Positions 30,767 to 39,822 of a stretch of DNA of 64,000 bases are shown here, piece after piece (positions within the stretch are counted from its first letter, which is position 1; every line of letters begins with the position of its first letter). The notes under the pieces were generated by a model. The model made no database searches. It was given only the letters and a program-made list of their open reading frames with translations, and was not told the origin of the DNA. The DNA comes from Promethearchaeota archaeon (lineage in GTDB: Archaea > Asgardarchaeota > Lokiarchaeia > Sigyniarchaeales > SOKP01). The stretch is from the NCBI GenBank assembly GCA_029838195.1, contig JALGVJ010000015.1, positions 1-64,000 of the forward strand, in the 5' to 3' direction. Position numbers and translations under genes: made by a program.

Positions 30767-33700
30767 ATGACCGAAGATAAAAAAGATAAGATTTTCACGG
30801 AAGCTTATAGTTTATTAGAACATGCTTTAGATTTGTTAGATTCTAAATTTTATGATGATGCGTTAGAAGTTTTGAAACAATCCAAAGAGCTTTTTAAAGA
30901 ACTAAATCGAGAAGAAGAAATGAAAATAATTGAGGAGAAGATTTCAGAGATCTCGAAAATAAAAGAACGTCAGAGGACTGATCTTGTAACGAAAAAGAGA
31001 GAAGATTCAGAATTGGAAACTCAAATAAGAGCATTAGTGGATGATGCAGAGCGTCTTGCTCGCGAATATGAAAAAGAATGGCATGATGCCCTAAAAGAGG
31101 ATAGAATCCTTAGGGAAAGTAAATATCCATTGGTCATTCAAAAATACAAAAATATTATAAAGCTGTTAAAAGATAAAGGTTGGGAAAAACAAATTCCTGT
31201 TTATGAAGAAACGATTGAGAGATACAAATTAAAATTGAAAAACGAGGAAAAAGTTAGAGATTTGGAAAAAGAAAAAAGAGAAAAACAGGAAAAACAACTG
31301 GGTCTTCGGAGATTGCCTTTAAGGGACGTATTAAAAATAGTAGATGGTGAATCTAAAGATGAGATTTTAAATGAATTAAGAAAGAAGGGAGAGGAAAAAA
31401 ATCTTGATATCTTAATTGAAAGTATTGAACGTGAATTGAAATTCAGGGAAAAAGAATATTTGAAAGAACTTAAAGAAGGAAATTTTAATATTGAATGTCC
31501 ATATGAAAAAATAATAATCGTATATCAAGCTATTCAACAACTATTAGAAGAAAAAAATCATCCAGAAGAAGCCTCATTATATACTAATATTATCAAAAGT
31601 TATGAACAAAAACTTGCTCAAGATGAAAATCTAAGGGCAACAGAAGCTTTAAAATTGAAAAAAAAAGAAGAGTTTGAAACGCTCCAAAAATCAAAAGATG
31701 TTTCTCCAGCAATGCAACAGCCTGAGAAAATAAAAAGAACAATGGAAAAAGAAACACTAGAAAAAGATGAAAGTCAAGATATTGATGCTTATATCGATAC
31801 CCTTATAAAAAAATCTAATGAATTAGAAGAAATTTACATGAAGACTATTAAACAAGGGAATTTTGAGATTGAGTGTCCCTATGAAGAGATTATTAAGAAT
31901 TATAAAGAAATTCAAGATCTTTTAAGAAAAAATAATCGAATGAGAGAAGCTTCGCTTTATGAAAATGCCATTCAATTATACCAACAAAAATTGGAACAAG
32001 ATAAAAGATTAAGAGAAACTGAGGCTCAAAAAAAACAAAAAAGAGAAGAATTGAAAGCTTTACAAAAAATAGAAAATGGAGCTAAGGAGAGTGAGATAGA
32101 TAAACGCATGATTTTAAAAACGACTAAGAAAGAAGAAAATGAGCAGTTTCAACAGGCGATGCGGTTAATAGAAGAAGTTGAAAAAGAGATAAAAGAATAT
32201 GAAACTCAACGTAAGGAAAACATTCTTGAACATGAAACCCCCTACGAACGAGCCATTGAAGCTTATAAAACTGCTCAAAATATTTTAAGAAAAATTGGAT
32301 GGACGGATGAAGCTAATCGATTAAATGATTCTATTATTTATTATAAAGAAAAAAAGGAAAAAGACGATATTTTAAGAGCCAGGGAATTAGAAAAAAGAAA
32401 AAGAAGGGAAATTGTACTGGAAAGAGAAAAAGAAACAAGAAAAACGTTAAAAATTGAATCTGAAAAAGAAGTAATGGAAAAAGAAAGGCGGATTAAACAA
32501 CAGCAAGAACAAAAAGCTGCCGAGTTAAAGCGAGCTAATGAACTTTTTGAAACTATAGAAAAAGCAAACCAAATAGCAAGAGAATATCAAGTTCAAATAA
32601 AACAAAAAAATTTTACAGAGCCATCAAAATATATTGAGGTGATTGATATCTATGAAAAAGCAAAAGAAACGTTTGAAAATATGGGTTGGGAAGGAGAGGC
32701 TAACAAATTAAATGCTTCTATTTATTATTACAAGAAAAAATTAGAGGAAGAAAATATTCTGAAAAAGCAGTTTCAACAAGAAAAAAAAGAAAAAGAGTTA
32801 GTGGAGAAAGGTTATCAGTTAATGGATCAAGCTTTAAAAAAATTGAGTGTTCAAGAATTCGATGAGGCACGAAATTTATACAATAAAGCTAAAGGAATCT
32901 TTTTGAGTTTGGGAAGAAGTCTTGAATTAGATAAGATTAAAATGGCCATGATTGAATTAAATAGAAAGAGGGAGGAATATCTTAAAAAATTAAGAGAACA
33001 GGAGGAAAAACGAGAAAAATTAAGAGAAGAAGAAAAAATCCTGGAAGAAAAAGCCATTATTGAGCGCAAGAATTTTCAAAGAGAGTTAGAAAAAAAGCAA
33101 GAGCTATTCATACAACTTAAAGAAAAAGAACAAAAAGATAAAGCAATTTCCGAGGAAGCCTTATCACTTATTCATCAAGCAGAAGAAATGGCAAGAATAT
33201 ATGAAGAGAATATAAAGTTAGGGAGACGTCCCGAACCCGTATATGAAAAGGTAATAGAATTTTATGAAAAAGCCATTGAAAAATTTCGAATGATTGGATG
33301 GGAAGATGAGATTTTAAAATTAAAAGAATCCATCCAATATTATCGAAAGAAGAGTAAAGAGGATAAAGAATTAAGGGAGTTAGAGCGAGTAAAATCAAGA
33401 GAAATAGAAATAGAACAAGAGGCTTATAATTATTTGGAAGAAGCTACAACCATGATGAATTCTAATAATTTCGATGCTGCTCTAGAATTATATAAAAAAG
33501 CAAGAGATTTGTTTGAGGAAATTAATCATGATTTAGAAGTTAAAAAAGTAAATAATTCCATTTTAGAACTCAAACGTAAAAAAGAAGATTATTATAAAAA
33601 ATTAGAAGAAATAAAGAAGAAAAGAGAAAAACTCATAAAAGAGCAACAAGAATTAGAACAAAAGATACTTCTTGAAAGAAAAAAATTAAAAAAAGAATTA

Positions 33701-36700
33701 GAAGAAAAGCAACAACAATACCTTCAAATTAAAGAAAGAGAAGAAAAGGAGAAAAAGATTTCGGAGGAGGCATTGTCTCTTATTAATAAAGCAGAAGAGA
33801 TTGCAAAATGTTATGAAGAGGAATTAAAAAAAGGAAAACTTCCTCCGGAATGTGGTTATGAAGAAGCTATTAAATTATATCAAAACGCGCTTGCTAAATT
33901 AAAATCACTTGATTGGAAAGAAGAAATCAAACGATTAGAAGAATCGATTGAATATTATGAGGAAAGATTAAAAAGAGATAAGGAAATACGTGAAATAGAG
34001 GCAATTAAAAGAAAAGAAGCAGAAATTCAGAAAAAAGCATATCTTTATTTGGATCAAGCGGCAAACATGATGAATATTAAGAATTTTGACGATGCATTGA
34101 AATTTTATGGACAAGCTAAAGATTTATTTGAACAAATAGGAAGTTCTTTTGAAATCGAAAAAGTGAATCAATCCATCATGGAATTAAAAGAAATTAAGGA
34201 AGCTCATGAAAAAGAATTACTTGAACAAAAATTAAAAATTCAAGAGAAAGAAAAAGAATTAAAGAAACTAGAAGAAGAAGCTAGGCTTCAAAAGTTAAAA
34301 ATCCAAAAAGAATTAGAAAGAAAACAACAAGAAGTCATGAAGGCTTTGGAAGAAGATAGAACACGTCAAGCTATTTATGAACAAACCTTAACCATGATCC
34401 AAGAAGCTGAAGATAAAGCACGAGAATATGAAGAAAAGATACAAAATGGAGAACTAGTGGATTGTGTCTATGGAGAAGTGATTGAATTATATAAAGAAGC
34501 GATTAAAAATTTTGAAAAAATTGGTCTCAGGGAAGAAATAGAAAGGCTAAAAGAAGCTATCGAATTTTATGAGGAAAAAGAAGAACAAGATACAAGATTA
34601 AGGGAATTCGCTAAAATTTCGGAAAGAGAAAAAGATCTAACGATAAAAGCTTATCAATTAATGGATATGGCTGCTAGTTCATTAAAAATGAAAGAGTTTG
34701 ATAAAGCTATTAAATATTATGAAGAAGCAAGAAAAATTTTTGATGAACTTAGCCATGAAGATGAGATATTGAAGATCTCCATTTCGATTGATGAAGTAAA
34801 TAAGGAACGAGAAAAATATCTTGAAGAATTGGAGAAAATAAAAAAATCCAAAGAACAAGAAGAGGAACAGTGGCGCTTGTTAGAAGAGGAAGCTAAAGCC
34901 TTAAAAGCCCAAATTCAAGAAGAATTGAAAAAGAAAAATGAACAACTATTTGAAATTCAAAAACAAGAGAGAGAAAAAAAGGAAATTTCAAACCGTGCTC
35001 TCTCATTGATAACAGAAGCAGAAACTATGGTTGAAACTTATGAGAAACTCATGAAAAAAGGAGAACGACCAGAGTGCGTGTATCCGCAAGTGATTGAGAA
35101 TTATCAAAAAGCCATGGAGCTTTTTACATCCATTGATTGGGTGGATGAAGCGGAGAAATTAAAGGATCCCATTGCTCACTATGAAGAAAAACTAAGAAAA
35201 GATCAAAAAATAAGGGAAATGGAACTCAACTTGAAAAAAAAGGCAGAAATAGCTGAGAAAGCTTATAAATTAATGGATCATGCCATAACCGCTGTTAACA
35301 TGAAAGAGTTTGATGAAGCATTGGAATTGTATCAAGAAGCTAAAAACCTTTTTACTTCAATTAATAGAAATTTAGAAGTTGCTAAAATAGATATTTCAAT
35401 TGAAGAGGTGAAGAAAGAAAAAGAACAATACTTGCTCAAGTTAGAAAATCTTAAAAGGAAAAAGAAAGAAGAACAAGAACTTTTAGCCCAACTGGAAGCG
35501 AAGGCGAGAGGCCAGAGACTCCAATTTCAAAAGGAAATGGCAAAAAAGAATCAACAGCTAAAGCAATTATCTAAAATTGAAAAAGAGAAGAAAGTAATCT
35601 CCGAAAACGCATTATCCATGATAATTGAGGCAGAAGAAAAAGCAGAAAATTATGAAAAAGCCCTAAAAGAAGGTAAAAAACTTGCTTGTGTTTATCCGGA
35701 AGTAATTAAACTGCTTGAAAATTCAAAAAAACTGTTGGAAAGCATTGAATGGACGGAAGAAGTTTCGAGAATTCAAGAATCCATTCAATATTATAAGAAC
35801 AAATTAGAGCAAGATAAAAAATTAAGAGAACTAGAAGAGGCAAAAAAGTTAGAAAAAGAATTAACAAATAAAGGCTATGAATTAATGGAAAAAGCCATTA
35901 TCCAAGTAAACATGAAGAATTTCGATGAAGCCATTGAATTATATAAAGAAGCATTAGCGCTTTTTGAAAAAATAAATCGCGAAATAGAAATCGAAAAGAT
36001 CACCATATCATTAATGGAACTTGAACAAAAAAAGAAAGAAGAAGCACTAAGACTAGAGAAGGAACGAAAAAAAAAGGAGGCACAATTATTAGAATTTCAA
36101 GAAATGGAAGCACGTGCAAAAGCAGAAAGGAAAAGATTACAAGAACAGTTAAAAAAGAAACAAGAACAATTTCTTGCAGTTAAAAAGAGAGAAAAAGAAG
36201 AAAAAGAGAAAGCTGAAAATGCACTTTTCATAATTAATCAAGCAGAATCATTGGTAGAATCCTATGAAAAAGCTTTAAGTAATGGACAACGGCCAGAATC
36301 AATTTATCCTAAAGTCATAGAATTATATGAAAGCGCACTTCAATTATTAGAAGAGATTGAATGGAAAGAAGAAATTGATAAGATTAAGGAAGCAATTGAC
36401 TATTATAAGGAAAAATTAGATGAGGATTTAAAATTTAGAGAATTAGAGGCGAAAAAGTTAGAGGAAGAAAAAATAGCTTCTGAAGCATACCTTTTAATGG
36501 AGAAAGCAATTTCCTTGGTTAATATTCAAGAATATAGTAAGGCGTTAGATTTATATGAAGAAGCAAGAAAAAAATTCCAAATCATTAATAGACCTATAGA
36601 AATAGAGAAAATAGACGCATCAATAGAAGAATTACATAGAATTGAAGAAGAAAAAATTGAAAAATTAAAAAGAAAGCGAATGGAAGAGATTAAAAGAAGA

Positions 36701-39034
36701 AGGGAAAAGGAAGAATTTGAAAAGGAACTCTTGGCAGCAAGGAAGAAGTTAAAAAAAGAAATGGAAGAGAAAAAGAAAAAACAATTAGAAAAGCAAGAAC
36801 GAATCAAGAGAGAAAAGCAAATCTCAGAAGAAGCTTTTTCATTAGTTAATAAAGCAGAAAATATGGTAGAAGAATATCATTTAAAATTAAGTAAGGGCGA
36901 AAGTCCTGAAATTGATTATAATAAAGTCATCGAATTATATGAACAAGCTATAAAAAAATTAAAAAGCATAAATTGGCAAGATGAAGTAAATAAGCTTTTG
37001 GATGCTATTGAATATTATAAACAGAAAAAGAAAGATGAAGAAATTCTAAAAAAATTAGAATTAGAAGAGAACAGAAAGGAAAAAGAACTTGAGAAAGCAT
37101 ATACATTAATGGAAAAAGGCATGGAATTGTTTAAACAATCAAAATATGAAGAAGTTATTCGACTTTATGAGCAAGTTGCTCAAATCTACAAGCAATTAGA
37201 AATGGAATATGAATTGATGACTATTGAGAATTTAATCTTAGAAATTAATGAGAAAAAGGCTGCTGAAGAAAGAGCTCTAAAAGAGGAGGAAAAATATCGG
37301 GAGGAGATTGAGAGAGAATTATTAGAGCGACAAAGAGAATTAACTAGAGAATATAGCGAGGAGCAGAAGCGAAAACAAAGAGAAAAGGAGCTGTTAAAAG
37401 CTGAAAAATTGAAAAAACAAAAAGAAAAAGCAAAAGCTAAGGAAGCTCATGAGTATATAGACAAGGCAGAGGAATTAGCTAAAAATTACAAATTAGATAT
37501 AAATGTAGCATTTGAAAAAGTAGAACAATTATTCAACAAAATCTTCGATTATTATCAAAAAGCTAAAAATATTTTTGAAGAAATTAATTGGAGAGAGGAA
37601 GTTAAAACATTAGAAGAGACGATTGAATATTATCAAGAAAAGCTGAGAGCAGACAAGGAATTTCGAGAGATTGAAACACAAAGAAAAAAGCAAGAACAAG
37701 AAGAATTAGAACGCTTGGAACAATTGGCTCGCATGGCTAAAGAGCGAGAAGAGTTGATGAAAAAAAGGAAAGAAAAATTGTTATTAAAAGCTAAAAAAAT
37801 AGCAAAAGCCCATGAGGAAAAGAAAAAGAAAGCTTTTGAGTACTTGGATGCAGCAAATGAAGAATTAAATAATAATAATCACGATAAAGCACGTGAATTA
37901 TACCAATTGGCTGGCGAAATATTTGCTAGCATTGATTGGCAAGAAGGCGTTTCAATGATTAACGAATCCCTTGAAATGGTTGAACAACGTAAAAGAGAAG
38001 TCGAAAAGCAACTTAAAGAAGAAGAACAAAGAAAACATGAACAAGAATTATTTCATAGAGAAATAGAAGAAAAAATAGCTGAACTTGAAAGGATTAAGCA
38101 ACAAGAATTAGAACAGAAGCGAAAAGAACTTCTAGAGAAGCAAAAACAGCAAAAAGAACAAAGAGAAATTGCGGATAAAGCTTTTAAGTTGTTAGAAGAG
38201 GGCACGCGATTTTTGGAAGTCAATAAATTTGACGACGCAGAAGCGAGATATATACAAGCACGAGACCTTTTTGGCAAAATTGGATGGACCCATGAAATTT
38301 CTAAAATAAATAATGAATCCTTATTGAATTTAAGAAGAAAGAAAGCCTTAATCGCACGTTCAAGAGAAGAACAAAGAAAAGCTAAAGAATTGAGAGAACG
38401 GAGAGAAAAAGAAATAGAAAAACAAAAGCAAATTCAAGAAAAAGCCCTTAAAAAATTACGAAAGATAAAAATCATGGATAAATTTGACGAATCCATCCAA
38501 CAAGAGTATGAAAAAGCTCAAGAATACCTCAACTCTCATGAATATAACCAAGCCGTCCTTATCCTTAAAGATGTCGTGGATAAATTAGAGAAAGCAGGAA
38601 AACAAGATGAGAAAGAAAAAATTAAATCCCAAATAATGCAAATCATGGAACAATCAAGAATCCCCATCATTACATTAGAAGAAACAATTTCTCCAAAAGA
38701 ATTAGACTATTTCATTGCAACTTGGCGAGCCCTCGATAAAGCAAACATTTCTCTTGCCAATAATTTGCCCATGAAAACGATTTCTGAATTAAAAGAAGCC
38801 ATCTTTAACATGCAACAAACTCAGCTGTCTAAAAAGTATCTTGAAAAAATTAATTCCCTAATGAACGAATTAAATATTGAATTGGGAAGAAAAAGAAAAG
38901 TACCACTCAGTGATGCGGGTGATAAATCCGAAACGGAGATTCAAAAAGATGAATTAGAACAAAAGATCCAAGAACGAAGAAAACAACGTGAACAACGCAT
39001 TTTAGACTTATTAAAAAAAAAGAAAATTGAATAA
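30767..39034 (+). CDS. Giant (2755 aa) all-alpha E/K-rich repeat protein with TPR/MIT-like modules and charged helical linkers
   Basis: Uninterrupted 8.27-kb ORF; about 13 type-A and 13 type-B helical modules; no TM segment or signal peptide. Confidence 0.9.
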   Translation: MTEDKKDKIFTEAYSLLEHALDLLDSKFYDDALEVLKQSKELFKELNREEEMKIIEEKISEISKIKERQRTDLVTKKREDSELETQIRALVDDAERLAREYEKEWHDALKEDRILRESKYPLVIQKYKNIIKLLKDKGWEKQIPVYEETIERYKLKLKNEEKVRDLEKEKREKQEKQLGLRRLPLRDVLKIVDGESKDEILNELRKKGEEKNLDILIESIERELKFREKEYLKELKEGNFNIECPYEKIIIVYQAIQQLLEEKNHPEEASLYTNIIKSYEQKLAQDENLRATEALKLKKKEEFETLQKSKDVSPAMQQPEKIKRTMEKETLEKDESQDIDAYIDTLIKKSNELEEIYMKTIKQGNFEIECPYEEIIKNYKEIQDLLRKNNRMREASLYENAIQLYQQKLEQDKRLRETEAQKKQKREELKALQKIENGAKESEIDKRMILKTTKKEENEQFQQAMRLIEEVEKEIKEYETQRKENILEHETPYERAIEAYKTAQNILRKIGWTDEANRLNDSIIYYKEKKEKDDILRARELEKRKRREIVLEREKETRKTLKIESEKEVMEKERRIKQQQEQKAAELKRANELFETIEKANQIAREYQVQIKQKNFTEPSKYIEVIDIYEKAKETFENMGWEGEANKLNASIYYYKKKLEEENILKKQFQQEKKEKELVEKGYQLMDQALKKLSVQEFDEARNLYNKAKGIFLSLGRSLELDKIKMAMIELNRKREEYLKKLREQEEKREKLREEEKILEEKAIIERKNFQRELEKKQELFIQLKEKEQKDKAISEEALSLIHQAEEMARIYEENIKLGRRPEPVYEKVIEFYEKAIEKFRMIGWEDEILKLKESIQYYRKKSKEDKELRELERVKSREIEIEQEAYNYLEEATTMMNSNNFDAALELYKKARDLFEEINHDLEVKKVNNSILELKRKKEDYYKKLEEIKKKREKLIKEQQELEQKILLERKKLKKELEEKQQQYLQIKEREEKEKKISEEALSLINKAEEIAKCYEEELKKGKLPPECGYEEAIKLYQNALAKLKSLDWKEEIKRLEESIEYYEERLKRDKEIREIEAIKRKEAEIQKKAYLYLDQAANMMNIKNFDDALKFYGQAKDLFEQIGSSFEIEKVNQSIMELKEIKEAHEKELLEQKLKIQEKEKELKKLEEEARLQKLKIQKELERKQQEVMKALEEDRTRQAIYEQTLTMIQEAEDKAREYEEKIQNGELVDCVYGEVIELYKEAIKNFEKIGLREEIERLKEAIEFYEEKEEQDTRLREFAKISEREKDLTIKAYQLMDMAASSLKMKEFDKAIKYYEEARKIFDELSHEDEILKISISIDEVNKEREKYLEELEKIKKSKEQEEEQWRLLEEEAKALKAQIQEELKKKNEQLFEIQKQEREKKEISNRALSLITEAETMVETYEKLMKKGERPECVYPQVIENYQKAMELFTSIDWVDEAEKLKDPIAHYEEKLRKDQKIREMELNLKKKAEIAEKAYKLMDHAITAVNMKEFDEALELYQEAKNLFTSINRNLEVAKIDISIEEVKKEKEQYLLKLENLKRKKKEEQELLAQLEAKARGQRLQFQKEMAKKNQQLKQLSKIEKEKKVISENALSMIIEAEEKAENYEKALKEGKKLACVYPEVIKLLENSKKLLESIEWTEEVSRIQESIQYYKNKLEQDKKLRELEEAKKLEKELTNKGYELMEKAIIQVNMKNFDEAIELYKEALALFEKINREIEIEKITISLMELEQKKKEEALRLEKERKKKEAQLLEFQEMEARAKAERKRLQEQLKKKQEQFLAVKKREKEEKEKAENALFIINQAESLVESYEKALSNGQRPESIYPKVIELYESALQLLEEIEWKEEIDKIKEAIDYYKEKLDEDLKFRELEAKKLEEEKIASEAYLLMEKAISLVNIQEYSKALDLYEEARKKFQIINRPIEIEKIDASIEELHRIEEEKIEKLKRKRMEEIKRRREKEEFEKELLAARKKLKKEMEEKKKKQLEKQERIKREKQISEEAFSLVNKAENMVEEYHLKLSKGESPEIDYNKVIELYEQAIKKLKSINWQDEVNKLLDAIEYYKQKKKDEEILKKLELEENRKEKELEKAYTLMEKGMELFKQSKYEEVIRLYEQVAQIYKQLEMEYELMTIENLILEINEKKAAEERALKEEEKYREEIERELLERQRELTREYSEEQKRKQREKELLKAEKLKKQKEKAKAKEAHEYIDKAEELAKNYKLDINVAFEKVEQLFNKIFDYYQKAKNIFEEINWREEVKTLEETIEYYQEKLRADKEFREIETQRKKQEQEELERLEQLARMAKEREELMKKRKEKLLLKAKKIAKAHEEKKKKAFEYLDAANEELNNNNHDKARELYQLAGEIFASIDWQEGVSMINESLEMVEQRKREVEKQLKEEEQRKHEQELFHREIEEKIAELERIKQQELEQKRKELLEKQKQQKEQREIADKAFKLLEEGTRFLEVNKFDDAEARYIQARDLFGKIGWTHEISKINNESLLNLRRKKALIARSREEQRKAKELRERREKEIEKQKQIQEKALKKLRKIKIMDKFDESIQQEYEKAQEYLNSHEYNQAVLILKDVVDKLEKAGKQDEKEKIKSQIMQIMEQSRIPIITLEETISPKELDYFIATWRALDKANISLANNLPMKTISELKEAIFNMQQTQLSKKYLEKINSLMNELNIELGRKRKVPLSDAGDKSETEIQKDELEQKIQERRKQREQRILDLLKKKKIE
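32530..37430 (+). repeat. About 8 diverged tandem 204-aa (612-bp) repeats within the giant ORF
   Basis: Equivalent codons at 33146, 33758, 34373, 34985, 35597, 36209, 36821 (spacing 612/615/612/612/612/612). Confidence 0.9.
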
Positions 39035-39061
39035 AAAAATAAATTTTAAATAAATTAGAAT

Positions 39062-39292
39062 TTAAACTGCTATTTTTTCAGAAATTGGCAACTTTAATTC
39101 TTCATTTTCCCTTTCCACTTCTGTTGCTCCATTATTTCCATTGATTACCTCATCAATTTTGAATTCTGTCTTGATCAAGTCTCGAATCGCCATTCGAATT
39201 GCCTCGCTTCGATTTGGAAATCTCCCTTCAGCAACTAATATTTCTAATAAATTTAAATAATTTTCTGGAATGTTTAATGAAATTAATCTCAT
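39062..39292 (-). CDS. cdrS: Ribbon-helix-helix regulator, CdrS-like
   Basis: MRLISLNIP...GRFPNRSEAIRMAIRDL resembles the archaeal CdrS pattern GxFPNRSEAIR; GGGAGGT SD. Confidence 0.7.
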   Translation of the reverse strand: MRLISLNIPENYLNLLEILVAEGRFPNRSEAIRMAIRDLIKTEFKIDEVINGNNGATEVERENEELKLPISEKIAV

Positions 39293-39345
39293 TTTTTACC
39301 TCCCTCTTTTTTTTTTTTGATATCACGTGTTGATTAAGATCATAT

Positions 39346-39360
39346 ATATCATAGTGATAT
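39346..39360. promoter_or_regulatory. Palindrome ATATCA-TAG-TGATAT, candidate RHH autoregulatory site
   Basis: Perfect 6-bp arms overlapping and downstream of the minus-strand TTTAAATA TATA box of the RHH gene. Confidence 0.4.
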
Positions 39361-39392
39361 TTAAATATTTTAGAGAAATCAACCCCAACAAA

Positions 39393-39408
39393 TCCGACAT
39401 TATTCGGA
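39393..39408. promoter_or_regulatory. Third copy of the CCGACA-N3-TTCKGA motif
   Basis: TCCGACATTATTCGGA (TCCGA-N6-TCGGA pseudo-palindrome), same orientation to the gene as the two PolB2-module copies. Confidence 0.5.
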
Positions 39409-39561
39409 TATAGATTCTGGAGCATGAGAAAAAACATTCACCATAATTTTTAACTACTTTAAGTGATTACCTCATCCTCTCTTCAATAGACCCATGAATA
39501 AATTATCCTTAAATTTTAACTTTAATTAAATAATTTAATTTCATACTAATCGTGAACTTAA

Positions 39562-39822
39562 TTGTCTAAAACACAAAAAATTAAACAAAAAATAATTATT
39601 AACAACTCTAAATGCACATCATGTAAAATTTGCATGATGTGGTGTAGCTATCAATTTTTCAAAAGATTTATTCCCTCTAAAGCCCGAATCAGAATAGAAA
39701 ATGAATATGATTTACAACCCAACATCGTGTTTTTGGAATCATGTACGCAGTGCGGTCAATGTGCTCTACATTGCGTTTATGGAGCATTAATTCTTAAGGA
39801 GGAGAGAGAAGAAAATGAGTGA
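39562..39822 (+). CDS. 4Fe-4S ferredoxin-like subunit upstream of AOR
   Basis: CTSCKICMMWC and CTQCGQCALHC. Confidence 0.85.
   Translation: MSKTQKIKQKIIINNSKCTSCKICMMWCSYQFFKRFIPSKARIRIENEYDLQPNIVFLESCTQCGQCALHCVYGALILKEEREENE

Noticed and set aside
32530-37430. Regularly spaced repeats as a CRISPR array or DNA satellite
   Set aside because: Repeats are 612 bp, in frame, and conserved at the protein level only; no short identical repeats with spacers and no cas genes
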